Shown: positions 47,428-56,528 of the stretch, piece by piece | Layout of the letters: every line of letters starts with the position of its first letter | Position numbering within the stretch: the first letter of the stretch is position 1 | Assembly (NCBI RefSeq): GCF_036375055.1 | Contig: NZ_DASUSQ010000037.1 | Location: forward strand, 369 to 64,368 | Direction: 5' to 3' | Origin: Umezawaea sp. | Lineage (GTDB): Bacteria; Actinomycetota; Actinomycetes; Mycobacteriales; Pseudonocardiaceae | Length of the DNA stretch: 64,000 nucleotides | Notes under the pieces: model-generated | What the model was told of the DNA's origin: nothing | Databases searched by the model: none | The model's input: the letters and a program-made list of their open reading frames with translations, nothing else | Position numbers and translations under genes: made by a program

Positions 47428-49668
47428 TCAGCGAGCGCGCGAACGGAACCGCTTCAGCCTCAAGCTGTTCGTGACGACGAACAGGCTGGAGAAAGCCATC
47501 GCGGCCCCCGCGAGCATGGGGTTCAGCAATCCCAGCGCCGCCAACGGCAAACCGGCAACGTTGTAGGCGAACGCCCAGAAAAGATTTCCCTTGACGATGC
47601 CGAGGGTCCTGCGGGACAACCGGATCGCGTCGGCGACCACCAGGAGGTCCCCGCGCACCAGCGTCAGGTCGCCCGCCTCGATCGCCGCGTCGCTGCCGGT
47701 CCCCATCGCCAGGCCCAGGTCCGCCGCCGCCAGCGCGGGGGCGTCGTTGACGCCGTCCCCGACCACGGCCACGACCCGACCGCGGGCCTGGAGCTCCCGG
47801 ACCGCGTCGACCTTCTCCGACGGCAGCGCGCCGGCGACCACGTCCGCCGCGTCGATGCCGACCTCCGCCGCGACCGCCCCGGCCACCACGGCGTTGTCCC
47901 CGGTCAGCAGCACCGGCCGCAGGCCGAGCGCCCGCAGCTCGCGGACCGCGGCGGCGCTGGTCGGCTTCACCGCGTCCGTCACCGCCAGCAGCCCGTGCGC
48001 CTCGCCGTCCACGGCGACCGCGACGACCGTGCGACCCGCCCGTTCCGCCGCCGCCGCGGCTCCCCGCAGGTCCTCGGGCAGCTCCACGCCGAGTTCGGCC
48101 AGCAGCCGGGGCCTGCCGACGACGACCTCGCGGCCGTCCAGCTCCGCCGTCACACCGAGGCCCTCGCGGTTGCGGAAGGCGGTGACGGCGGGCGGTTCGC
48201 CTACCTCGGCGCCCGCGCCGCGCACGATCGCACCGGCGACCGGGTGCTCCGACGGGTGCTCCGCGGCCCCGGCGACCCGCAGCAGGTCCGCCCGCTCGAC
48301 CCCGGCGGCCGGGACCACGTCGACCAGCGTCAGCTTGCCGGTGGTCACGGTGCCCGTCTTGTCCAGCAAGACGGTGTCGACGCGCCGGGTCGACTCCAGC
48401 ACCTCGGGGCCCCTCACCAGGATGCCGAGCTGCGCGCCCCGGCCCGTGCCGACCAGCAGCGCCGTCGGCGTCGCCAGGCCGAGCGCGCACGGGCAGGCGA
48501 TGACCAGCACGGCCACCGCGGCCGTGACCGCGAACTCGACCGGCCGCCCGACCAGCAGCCAGGTCGCGAGCGTCGCCAGCGCGATGCCCAGCACCACCGG
48601 CACGAACACCGACGAGACGCGGTCGGCCAGCCGCTGCACCTCGGCCTTGCCCGTCTGCGCCTGCTCCACGAGCGACGCCATCCTGGCCAGCTGGGTGTCC
48701 GCCCCGACCCTCGTGGCCCGCACGACCAGCCTGCCGCCCGCGTTGACCGTCCCGCCGACGACGTCGTCGCCCGCGCCGACCTCGACCGGCACCGACTCGC
48801 CGGTCACCGTCGAGCGGTCGACCGCCGAGCTGCCGTCGACGACCACGCCGTCCGTCGCGATCCGCTCGCCTGGCCGGACCACGAAGCGCTCGTCCACCCG
48901 CAGCGACTCCACGGGGACCCGCACCTCGACGCCGCCCCGCAGGACCGCGACCTCCTTGGCCCCCACCGCGAGCAGCGCCCGCAGGGCGGCGCCCGCGCTG
49001 CGCTTGGACCGCGCTTCGAGCCAGCGGCCCAGCAGCAGGAACACGGTCACGCCGACCGCGACCTCCAGGTAGACGTCACCGGAGGTCGACGGCCGCGGCA
49101 CGAGGCTGAACTCGTGGACCATGCCGATCACCCCGGCGGAGCCGAGGACCAGCGCGTGGACCGACCACAGGTAGGCCACGGCCACGCCCATCGACACCAG
49201 CGTGTCCATGGTGCTCGCGCCGTGGCGCAGGTTCACCGCGGCGGCCCGGTGGAACGGCCAGCCGCACACCCACACCACCGTGCTCGCCAGCGCGAGCGAA
49301 AGCCACTGCCACGCCGGGAACTGGAACGCCGGGACCATCGACAGCACGACGACCGGCAGCCCCAGGAACACCGCGACGGCCAGGCGGAGCCCGAGGTCGT
49401 CGCCGTGCTCGCCGCTCGCCCCCTCGGTCCGCTCGGGGCTCGGCGGCGTGGCCTCGTAGCCCGCCGCCTCGACCGTGGAGACCAGGTCCTCGACGCGCAT
49501 CCCGGCCGGGAACGCCACGCTCGCCCTCCCGGTGGCGTAGTTGACCGAGGCGGTCACGCCGTCGAGCTTGTTGAGCTTGCGCTCGATCCGGTTCGCGCAG
49601 GACGCGCACGTCATGCCGCCGATGGCCAGCTCGACGCGGTCGTGGGGCCTGGACTCCGTGGTCGTCAT
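47428..49668 (-). CDS. copA: copper-translocating P1B-type ATPase
   Basis: N-terminal HMA domain (GMTCASCANRIE), CPC motif (IACPCALGLATP), DKTGT and GDGVNDAP. Confidence 0.95.
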   Translation of the reverse strand: MTTTESRPHDRVELAIGGMTCASCANRIERKLNKLDGVTASVNYATGRASVAFPAGMRVEDLVSTVEAAGYEATPPSPERTEGASGEHGDDLGLRLAVAVFLGLPVVVLSMVPAFQFPAWQWLSLALASTVVWVCGWPFHRAAAVNLRHGASTMDTLVSMGVAVAYLWSVHALVLGSAGVIGMVHEFSLVPRPSTSGDVYLEVAVGVTVFLLLGRWLEARSKRSAGAALRALLAVGAKEVAVLRGGVEVRVPVESLRVDERFVVRPGERIATDGVVVDGSSAVDRSTVTGESVPVEVGAGDDVVGGTVNAGGRLVVRATRVGADTQLARMASLVEQAQTGKAEVQRLADRVSSVFVPVVLGIALATLATWLLVGRPVEFAVTAAVAVLVIACPCALGLATPTALLVGTGRGAQLGILVRGPEVLESTRRVDTVLLDKTGTVTTGKLTLVDVVPAAGVERADLLRVAGAAEHPSEHPVAGAIVRGAGAEVGEPPAVTAFRNREGLGVTAELDGREVVVGRPRLLAELGVELPEDLRGAAAAAERAGRTVVAVAVDGEAHGLLAVTDAVKPTSAAAVRELRALGLRPVLLTGDNAVVAGAVAAEVGIDAADVVAGALPSEKVDAVRELQARGRVVAVVGDGVNDAPALAAADLGLAMGTGSDAAIEAGDLTLVRGDLLVVADAIRLSRRTLGIVKGNLFWAFAYNVAGLPLAALGLLNPMLAGAAMAFSSLFVVTNSLRLKRFRSRAR

Positions 49669-49675
49669 GGCTCGA

Positions 49676-49885
49676 TCAGCCCGCCAGCTGGTAGCCGGCC
49701 TCGGTCACCGCGGCCTCCACCTCGGCCCGGCCCAGCTCGCGCTCGCTGGTCACGGTGACCGCGCCGCTGTCGAGGACGACCGAGACGTCGGTGACGCCGT
49801 CCAGCTCGGTGAGCTCCTCGGTGACCGAGCTGACGCAGTGGCCGCAGGTCATCCCGGAGACGGTGAAGGTGGCGGTGACGGACAT
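49676..49885 (-). CDS. copZ: copper chaperone CopZ (HMA domain)
   Basis: MSVTATFTVSGMTCGHCVSSVTEEL…. Confidence 0.9.
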   Translation of the reverse strand: MSVTATFTVSGMTCGHCVSSVTEELTELDGVTDVSVVLDSGAVTVTSERELGRAEVEAAVTEAGYQLAG

Positions 49886-49923
49886 GACCGTTGTCCTCTC
49901 GATCGTGGGCAGTGAGACCAGAA

Positions 49924-49938
49924 TACCCCCAGGGGGTA
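49924..49938. promoter_or_regulatory. CsoR-type operator-like palindrome TACCCCCagGGGGTA upstream of copZ-copA
   Basis: GC-rich hyphenated palindrome of the TACCC…GGGTA type bound by CsoR/RcnR copper sensors, ~40 nt upstream of the copZ start. No csoR gene recognised in the window. Confidence 0.5.
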
Positions 49939-50015
49939 ACCCTGAAACAGGGTGCGGCTGGTCACTGCGGGGGTGTCCGTGGTGCTCGGGGAGCGCTCGG
50001 CGTGACCGGGTGAGT

Positions 50016-50243
50016 CTACTGTGGAGGGTCGACCCGACCCTCGAAGAGATCCATCTCGCCCTCGATGCGGGACACGAGCTGGTCCAGCCCGTCCAGCATC
50101 TCGTCGAGCTTGCTCATCCGGTCGTTCATCAGGGCTTCGACATCCGCCTCCATGTCCGCCATCGACAGACTCGCCAAGATCGCCTGCGGGTCCATCGGGG
50201 AAGAGTTCGACGCGGACTCGGGGTCCGGCTCCACCTCAGTCAT
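50016..50243 (-). CDS. small acidic hypothetical protein (75 aa)
   Basis: MTEVEPDPESASNSSPMDPQAILASLSMADMEADVEALMNDRMSKLDEMLDGLDQLVSRIEGEMDLFEGRVDPPQ. Coding-like GC3. Not CsoR-like (no Cys/His ligands). Confidence 0.4.
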   Translation of the reverse strand: MTEVEPDPESASNSSPMDPQAILASLSMADMEADVEALMNDRMSKLDEMLDGLDQLVSRIEGEMDLFEGRVDPPQ

Positions 50244-50394
50244 ACGTCCATCCTTCCTCGCCCGTTCACGGTCGGTTCCGCGCGGGCACCTACTGGGAGT
50301 GACACTCAGTCGCGAGCGAATCACTCTCCGGGGGGCTGCGGTGCCCGACCGAGGTCGCTTAGCCTCGCGCCAACCTCAAGTCGGGGAGGGTGTC

Positions 50395-50640
50395 ATGAGC
50401 GGGTCCCTTGAAGTCCGCCAGTTCCTGTGGACGCAGGACGACGGTTTGTCGCGGCAGGCAGCGGGCGGAGTCCCCGCCCAACGAACCGGAGAGCCGTCGA
50501 GGATCTCCGACGATCAAGTCCACCGAGCACGGCTGGCGGTGGCCCGCGGCGCCACGGGCGCCGAGGACTGCCGCCTCCTGCTCGACATGCTCGGCCTGTC
50601 GCCGGGCGAGGACGGAGGGCCCACGCCCGTCCAGCGGTAG
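50395..50640 (+). CDS. small hypothetical protein (81 aa)
   Basis: RBS GGGGAGGG 5 nt upstream of the ATG. MSGSLEVRQFLWTQDDGLSRQAAGG…. Followed by hairpin CTCCGACGGGTG-tgtcggc-ACCCGTCGGAG at ~50650-50680. Confidence 0.4.
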   Translation: MSGSLEVRQFLWTQDDGLSRQAAGGVPAQRTGEPSRISDDQVHRARLAVARGATGAEDCRLLLDMLGLSPGEDGGPTPVQR

Positions 50641-50829
50641 TGGAAGCGGACCTCCGACGGGTGTGTCGGCACCCGTCGGAGCCGATTTCCGCAGATCAGA
50701 CCTAAAGTAGGACCCCCGTTTTGGAGTAATGGGCACTCGTGTCCTATGCTTACGGAGCTTCCAACGGACAGCGGTTGGAGGGCCCGAGACAGAGGGTGGC
50801 CCACACAAGGGCTGCCGGAAGTTGCAAGG

Positions 50830-50902
50830 GTCCCCATCGTCTAGCGGCCTAGGACCCCGCCCTTTCAAGGCGGTAGCACGGGTTCGAATCCCGTTGGGGG
50901 CA
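50830..50902 (+). tRNA. tRNA-Glu (anticodon TTC)
   Basis: GTCCCCATCGTCTAGCGGCCTAGGACCCCGCCCTTTCAAGGCGG…GGTTCGAATCCCGTTGGGGGCA. Confidence 0.85.
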
Positions 50903-50956
50903 CGTGTTAGGCTAGGAAAAGTGACAAGCTAGACTGCACGAAATGCACGAGAGCAA

Positions 50957-51030
50957 GGCCCAGTGGCGCAGTTGGTTAGCGCGTCGCCCTGTCACGGCGA
51001 AGGTCGCGGGTTCGAGTCCCGTCTGGGTCG
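50957..51030 (+). tRNA. tRNA-Asp (anticodon GTC)
   Basis: GGCCCAGTGGCGCAGTTGGTTAGCGCGTCGCCCTGTCACGGCGAAGGTCGCGGGTTCGAGTCCCGTCTGGGTCG. Confidence 0.85.
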
Positions 51031-51061
51031 CTATAGCGTTCGGTCATCCCGGCCGCTACAT

Positions 51062-51134
51062 GGCCAGGTAGCTCAGTTGGTACGAGCGACCGCCTGAAAA
51101 GCGGTAGGTCGGCGGTTCGACCCCGCCCCTGGCC
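51062..51134 (+). tRNA. tRNA-Phe (anticodon GAA)
   Basis: GGCCAGGTAGCTCAGTTGGTACGAGCGACCGCCTGAAAAGCGGTAGGTCGGCGGTTCGACCCCGCCCCTGGCCA. Followed by hairpin AATCCCCGTCTGCG-gaaatc-GCAGGCGGGGATTT at ~51155-51190. Confidence 0.85.
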
Positions 51135-51308
51135 ATTCGACATCGAAAAATCCCCGTCTGCGGAAATCGCAGGCGGGGATTTCTCATTCTGCGCGTCCCT
51201 GGGGCTCCCGTCCCAGGCCCCGAGGCAGGGAGGACTTCGCCCCGCACCCCCGGTGGTTCGCGGTGATTCGTGCGTGCCGGTTTCTTTGTGGTGTTGATCA
51301 CTGCTGTT

Positions 51309-52082
51309 TTATTCGGTGAAGTTGATTAGGGCTAGGGCCTGGTCGTCGTGGGTTTTGGTTCTCGGCCACCTGGTGTGGTTCGGGTCTGAGAGTTCTGCGG
51401 CCCTGATGCGGTCGAGAACCGCTTCCGGGCCTTTTTCGGTGATGAGGTCCAGGACCGATTGCCAGGTGTCGAAGATTTGGTAGTCGTCCACCGCGCACGA
51501 GACGCCGTCGGTGGCGATGATCACTTTTTCCACGGCCGACCTGGGCAGGGTTTTGCGTTTTGCCTGGTGAGCCGCTCGCGGGTCTGCTTCGGCCACCCAG
51601 TAGCCGTTCGGGCGGTTGCGCAGGAGCGGGACCCGGCTCGCGGTGATGGGACGCAGCGCCGCCAGGCGTGTGTCGGCGATCACCTCCGTGGTCCTGCCGA
51701 AGGTGATGATCGGGCTGTCCGCGAGGACGAGGGTGTCGACCTCGGTCCCCGTCCACCTGGCGATGGCCACGGTGCTGGCCGGGGAGTCGCCGGGGACCAG
51801 GCCGTGGCGGGTGGTGACGCGGTTGATCGCCGCGGCCAGCAGGTCCGCCAGGTCGCCGCCGCTCGCCAGCAGGTCCACGAGTTCTTCGCCGAGCGTCTGG
51901 GCGTACCAGGCGCCGTTGTTGTCCGGAGGTCTGGTCGAGGTGACGCCGTCCAGGACGACCACCGCGTTGGCGGTGGTGAAGACGCGGTCCTCCGTCGGTC
52001 GGCCGGGTGCGGCGCGTTCGGCTGTGCGGATCACTCGAACACCGTATGCGTCAACCTGGGTTGACAAAGGCCCGAATGTCAA
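51309..52082 (-). CDS. PP2C-like (PPM-family) phosphatase domain protein
   Basis: …ANAVVVLDGVTST…GAWYAQTL… and …VIIATDGVSCAVDD… resemble PP2C metal-binding motifs. Modest confidence. Confidence 0.45.
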   Translation of the reverse strand: MTFGPLSTQVDAYGVRVIRTAERAAPGRPTEDRVFTTANAVVVLDGVTSTRPPDNNGAWYAQTLGEELVDLLASGGDLADLLAAAINRVTTRHGLVPGDSPASTVAIARWTGTEVDTLVLADSPIITFGRTTEVIADTRLAALRPITASRVPLLRNRPNGYWVAEADPRAAHQAKRKTLPRSAVEKVIIATDGVSCAVDDYQIFDTWQSVLDLITEKGPEAVLDRIRAAELSDPNHTRWPRTKTHDDQALALINFTE

Positions 52083-52096
52083 CTTAGGTTGACGCC

Positions 52097-52309
52097 ATGA
52101 CGAAGGCTACGGAGTTGGCCTCGGCAGCGGGTGATCAGGATCCGAGGGTCGGGTTGCGGGCCGTCAGCGCGTTGCGGCGGTTGTTGGAGCAGCTCGAAGC
52201 CGTTCAGGTCCGGAACGCGCGGGTGCGGGGTTGGTCATGGCAGGAGATCGCGGCTGAGCTGGGGGTCACCCGGCAGGCGGTGCACAAGAAGCACGGAGGG
52301 CGGGGCTGA
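52097..52309 (+). CDS. small helix-turn-helix (sigma-70 region-4-like) protein
   Basis: …WSWQEIAAELGVTRQAVHKKHGG… HTH. Stop overlaps the start of the Clp_N gene. Confidence 0.6.
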   Translation: MTKATELASAAGDQDPRVGLRAVSALRRLLEQLEAVQVRNARVRGWSWQEIAAELGVTRQAVHKKHGGRG

Positions 52310-52842
52310 TGCTCGGGGAGCGGTTCACGAAACAGGCCCGGCGAGCGGTGCTCGACGCGGCGAAGGAGGCGGAGCGCGAGTCCGTCCCCGAGGTCGGTCG
52401 GACGCACATGCTGCTGGCGCTGCTGGGGTCGCCGGTGCTCGCCGGGTTCGACCTGTCGCGCGAGGAGATCGAGGGGGCGTTCCGCACCGCTCGGCGCAAG
52501 GGCGGGCTGAGCGAGGCCGACGCGGCGGCGTTGCGCGGGCTCGGGATCGACGTCGACCAGATCGTCGACAGCATCGAGCGCTCGTTGGGCGAGGGTGCGT
52601 TGGCGACCACGAAGACGCGCCGGAAGCGGTGGCTGTTCGGGGAGCACCGGCCGTTCGAGCCCGCGTTGAAGAAGACGCTGGAGCGCAGCCTCGTGGAGGC
52701 CAGGGACCTGGGGCACCACTACCTCGGCAACGAGCACCTGGTGCTCGCGCTGCTGGCGGGCGGTGGGCTCGTCGCCGAGGTGTTGGAGGCTCGCGGGGTG
52801 ACCTACGCGGAGGTCAGGAAGCTGGTCGCGGCTCAGGGCTGA
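52309..52842 (+). CDS. Clp amino-terminal (Clp_N repeat) domain protein
   Basis: Two Clp_N repeats (FTKQARRAVLDAAKEAERE…THMLLALL ; …LERSLVEARDLGHHYLGNEHLVLALL). Confidence 0.75.
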   Translation: MLGERFTKQARRAVLDAAKEAERESVPEVGRTHMLLALLGSPVLAGFDLSREEIEGAFRTARRKGGLSEADAAALRGLGIDVDQIVDSIERSLGEGALATTKTRRKRWLFGEHRPFEPALKKTLERSLVEARDLGHHYLGNEHLVLALLAGGGLVAEVLEARGVTYAEVRKLVAAQG

Positions 52843-53476
52843 CCTCGACCCAGGTCAGCCGGGGCAGGAACGCCTGGGTGAGCGGGCCGATCGCCACGGC
52901 GTAGAGGACGGTGCCGATGCCCAGGGTGCCGCCCAGCAGCCAGCCGCCGGTCAGCACCCCCAGTTCGATCACGGTGCGCACCAGCCGGAGCGAGGTGCCG
53001 GTGCGGGCGCAGAACCCCGTGGTCAGGCCGTCCCTCGGGCCGGGGCCGAGGCGGGCGCCGATGTAGATCGCGGCGGCCAGCGCGTTGAGGACGATGCCCG
53101 AGGTCAGCAGCGCGATCCGCGGGAGCGGTTCCACCGGCGCGGGCAGCACCGCGAGCGTGACGTCGACGGCCACGCCGATCAGCACCACGTTGGCGACGGT
53201 GCCGACGCCGGGACGTTGTCTGAGCGGGATCCAGCAGAGCAGGACCAGGGCTCCGACGACGACCGTGACCGTGCCGAAGCTGAGGCCGGTGCGCTTGGTC
53301 AGGCCCTCGTGCAGGACGTCCCACGGGGCCAGGCCGAGCGCACCGCGGATCTGGAGCGCCATCGACGCGCCGTAGAGCCAGAGGCCGACGGCCAGCTGGG
53401 GCAGGCGGCGAGCGGGGGAGACCGTCACCGGTGCGGACGTGAGCGCGGCGAGACGAGGGGAGGCCATGTGGCCCAT
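52814..53476 (-). CDS. YczE/YitT-like membrane protein
   Basis: …LAVGLWLYGASMALQIRGALGLAPWDVLHEGL… family pattern. Divergent from the MocR regulator gene. Confidence 0.65.
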   Translation of the reverse strand: MGHMASPRLAALTSAPVTVSPARRLPQLAVGLWLYGASMALQIRGALGLAPWDVLHEGLTKRTGLSFGTVTVVVGALVLLCWIPLRQRPGVGTVANVVLIGVAVDVTLAVLPAPVEPLPRIALLTSGIVLNALAAAIYIGARLGPGPRDGLTTGFCARTGTSLRLVRTVIELGVLTGGWLLGGTLGIGTVLYAVAIGPLTQAFLPRLTWVEVSPEPRPAS

Positions 53477-53529
53477 CCTGCGGCTTGATTGGCCTTGTAT
53501 TCCAGGGCCAATCGACAATAATTGGCCTC

Positions 53530-54990
53530 ATGGACCAGGCAATCCCGCTAGGTGGACGCATATCCGGGCAGCGGTTAGCCCAGTTGCTGGGCGACTGGCG
53601 TCGGAGAGGGGTCCGGCAGGGCACCGCAGACCTGGCCGCGGGGATCCGGATGCTGGTGCTGGAGGGCCAGTTGCCCGCGGGCACCCGGCTGCCCGCCGAG
53701 CGCGAGATCGCCGAGGTGCTGCCGGTGAGCCGGACGATGGTCACGGCGGCGCTGGACCAGCTCCGAGAGGAGGGCGTCGTGGCCAGCCGCCGGGGCGCGG
53801 GCTCGTGGATCACGCTGCCGACCGGTGCGCTGAACCCGGTGGCGGACCTGGTGCCGTCGAGCCGCGGCCTGATCGACCTGGCGCGGGCCGCGCCACCGGC
53901 CGTGCCCGCCGTGGCCGCGGCGATGGAGGCCGTGCGGCTGCGGATGCCCGAACACCTGGCCGGTCACGGCTACCACGAGCACGGGGTGCCCGACCTGCGG
54001 CGGGTGATCGCGGACCGGTACACCGCACGGGGTTTGCCGACCTCGCCGGACCACATCGTCGTCACCAGCGGCGCCCAGCACGCCATCGGGCTGGCCCTGC
54101 GGCTGTTCACCGGACCCGGCGACCGCGTGCTGGTCGAGCAGCCCAGCTACCCCAACGCGCTGGACGCCATCCGATCCGCTTCGGCGATCCCCGTGCCGGT
54201 GCCGCTCCTGCCCGACGGGTGGGACCTCGCGGGCATCGAGGCCGCGGTGCGGCAGGCCGCGCCGCGGGTCGCCTACCTGGTGCTGGACTTCCACAACCCG
54301 ACCGGGCACCGGTTGGACGAGCTGGGCCGGGCCAGGCTCGGGGCCCTGCTGAGGCGGGCCCGCACGCCCGTGATCGTCGACGAGTCGCTGGTCGACCTCG
54401 ACCTGGACGGCGACCCGGCCGACGCGCCGCTGCCGATGGCCGCCTTCGCGGACGAGCTGGTGGTGACCGTCGGTGCGGTGAGCAAGTCGCTCTGGGGCGG
54501 ACTGCGGATCGGGTGGATCCGGGCGCGGCCGGACGTCGTGCACCGGCTCGTGTCGGCGCGCACCGCGATCGACCTCGGCACGCCGGTGTTCGAGCAACTG
54601 GTGACGGCCGAGCTGCTCGCCGACCCCGAGCCCGCGCTGCGCGCCCGCCGCGCCGAGCTGGCCGTGCAGCGGGACGCGCTGGTCGACGGCTTGCGCGAGC
54701 ACTGCGGGGGGTGGACGTTCCGGCGGCCGTCCGGCGGGCTCGTCCTGTGGTGCGAGCTGGACGCGCCGATCAGCACGCGGATCGCGGTCGTGGCGCAGAG
54801 CCACGGGATGCGGTTGGTGCCGGGGGCGAGGTTCGCGGCGCAGGGAGGGCTGGAGCGGTGGCTGCGGCTGCCGTACGCGCTGCCGACGGACGTCCTGCGC
54901 GACGCGGCTCGGCGGCTGGGGTCGGTGGCCGCGCTGGTCGCGGGGTCCGCGACGGCGATGGACGGCGACCTGGCCGTTCCGGTGGCCTGA
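53530..54990 (+). CDS. MocR/GabR-subfamily GntR regulator with PLP-dependent aminotransferase-like domain
   Basis: N-terminal wHTH (LPAEREIAEVLPVSRTMVTAALDQLREEGVV) plus AAT fold-type I domain with PLP lysine context (VTVGAVSKSLWGGLRIGW). Confidence 0.85.
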   Translation: MDQAIPLGGRISGQRLAQLLGDWRRRGVRQGTADLAAGIRMLVLEGQLPAGTRLPAEREIAEVLPVSRTMVTAALDQLREEGVVASRRGAGSWITLPTGALNPVADLVPSSRGLIDLARAAPPAVPAVAAAMEAVRLRMPEHLAGHGYHEHGVPDLRRVIADRYTARGLPTSPDHIVVTSGAQHAIGLALRLFTGPGDRVLVEQPSYPNALDAIRSASAIPVPVPLLPDGWDLAGIEAAVRQAAPRVAYLVLDFHNPTGHRLDELGRARLGALLRRARTPVIVDESLVDLDLDGDPADAPLPMAAFADELVVTVGAVSKSLWGGLRIGWIRARPDVVHRLVSARTAIDLGTPVFEQLVTAELLADPEPALRARRAELAVQRDALVDGLREHCGGWTFRRPSGGLVLWCELDAPISTRIAVVAQSHGMRLVPGARFAAQGGLERWLRLPYALPTDVLRDAARRLGSVAALVAGSATAMDGDLAVPVA

Positions 54991-55376
54991 GGAGGGGCCG
55001 GGGTCGAGGTCCCCGCCGCGTCAGCGGCGGCGGGGACCGACCGGCGCCTGCCAGCCGGGCTTCCAGCACAGCCCCTCGATGTGCCGGGATGCCGGTGGAG
55101 GTTCCCGTGGACCTGCGGTGGGGGACGTTCGGGGCGGAACGTCCCCCACCGCAGGTTCGGGGTGAGGCCCTGGTGTCGCGGGGCAGTGCGGCACCTGGGC
55201 CATCCCGACCTGCTGGGGCGCGGTCGGCAGGTCGGGAAGCCTGGGCGGACGTGCTGTCGCTGCGGCGCGAACGCCGGGGACACGCACGACCTGGGTGCGA
55301 CTAGGGGAGGAATACGGCCACGGGACCGGGACGAGCACCGGTCAACGGGCGTGCTGAGGGCACACTCGTGCCCTGG

Positions 55377-56306
55377 TCAGTCTGGTGAGGAACTCGGCAG
55401 ACCCTGGACGCTGCCGGGGGTTCGACCGTCGTCGCGCCGCGCGGCGGTCCACAGGGACGGCCGGTGCAGCGCGGTCTGGGCGGTCGTCACGGCGAGGCCG
55501 CCACGGGCGCCGCCGGAGTTGTCGTGGGCGCTGGACGACGCCGTGGGCGCCGTCGGGGCCTGAGCGGGCTGGGGCGTGGGAGTGGGCGCGGCGGGCCGCG
55601 GCGTCTCCCACTCCAGGCCGCTCGCCGCCGGGACGTCCTCGACCTCGGCGACGGGGGCTGACACGTGGATCTCGGGGACGTCCCACCGCGGTGCCTCGTC
55701 GACGACGGCGGCGGCGACCACCTCGGCCGCCACGGGGGCGACCACCTCGACCGGCACCGGCGGAGGTGTGGCGGCGGCGAGCTTCGCGGCCGCCTTGGCG
55801 GTGACCTTCGCCGTGTACAGCTCCTCCGGCATCGAGTTCGAGACCGTGCCCGAGCGCTCGGTGTGGTTGCTGATGACGCCGCCCGAGTAGACCAGCGACA
55901 CGCCACCGGAGAACTCCTCGTCCTCCTCCGGCTCCGCCGCCTGCTCGTGCTCCGCCCCGTGCTCCTGCTCCGGTCTGGCGACACCCGGCGCGTGCTCCAC
56001 CGGTACGCGCACGGGGGAGAGGGACTGGAGTTCGACGGGCGCGGTCGTGAGCGTCGCCGTCCACTGCTCGCGGATGCCCGCCACCTCGGCCTGCGTGTCC
56101 TCAGCGGACTCGTGGTGCTCGGCGATGACCGCGTGCACGTACTCGGAGATGCTCGACGCGTCCGGCACGTGGTCGACCGGACTGGCGGAGGCGACGGCGC
56201 CGCCGAACAGCCAGGCCGCCGCCGTGAGCCCGCCGACGGCGAGGGCCCGCACCAGCAGAGACCCGGTGCTGCGCACCGCATCTGCTCCTGCCACGGAAAT
56301 CACCAC
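55377..56306 (-). CDS. secreted low-complexity (Ala/Pro/Glu/Val-rich) hypothetical protein
   Basis: Signal-like LLVRALAVGGLTAAAWLFGGAVASASP. Start uncertain. Confidence 0.4.
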   Translation of the reverse strand: MVISVAGADAVRSTGSLLVRALAVGGLTAAAWLFGGAVASASPVDHVPDASSISEYVHAVIAEHHESAEDTQAEVAGIREQWTATLTTAPVELQSLSPVRVPVEHAPGVARPEQEHGAEHEQAAEPEEDEEFSGGVSLVYSGGVISNHTERSGTVSNSMPEELYTAKVTAKAAAKLAAATPPPVPVEVVAPVAAEVVAAAVVDEAPRWDVPEIHVSAPVAEVEDVPAASGLEWETPRPAAPTPTPQPAQAPTAPTASSSAHDNSGGARGGLAVTTAQTALHRPSLWTAARRDDGRTPGSVQGLPSSSPD

Positions 56307-56528
56307 CGTTCCGGGTCACCGCGAACACCGCCGGCTTTCGGGGCTGGCACTGTGCTATGTCTAGCACTGGTGACGCCGTTTTCGAACGTTATCCGGCGGA
56401 ACCACTCGGAAGGGCTGCGCGGTGCGGCTGTCCGGGTAGTCGCTGAGGCGGGTGAACACTTTCCGTCGCTGTTCACGAGTTCGGGTGATGAGTTCCGCTG
56501 TCCGCTGTGGACTGTCCCGGCGTCGGCG

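Noticed and set aside
51062-53500. Genomic island integrated at tRNA-Phe
   Set aside because: No integrase, excisionase or direct repeat of the tRNA 3' end. The downstream genes are ordinary regulatory and membrane proteins.
54991-55376. Short ORFs (55021-55338 minus, 55081-55563 plus) between the MocR and secreted-protein genes
   Set aside because: No RBS or motifs, and compositionally like non-coding high-GC spacer.
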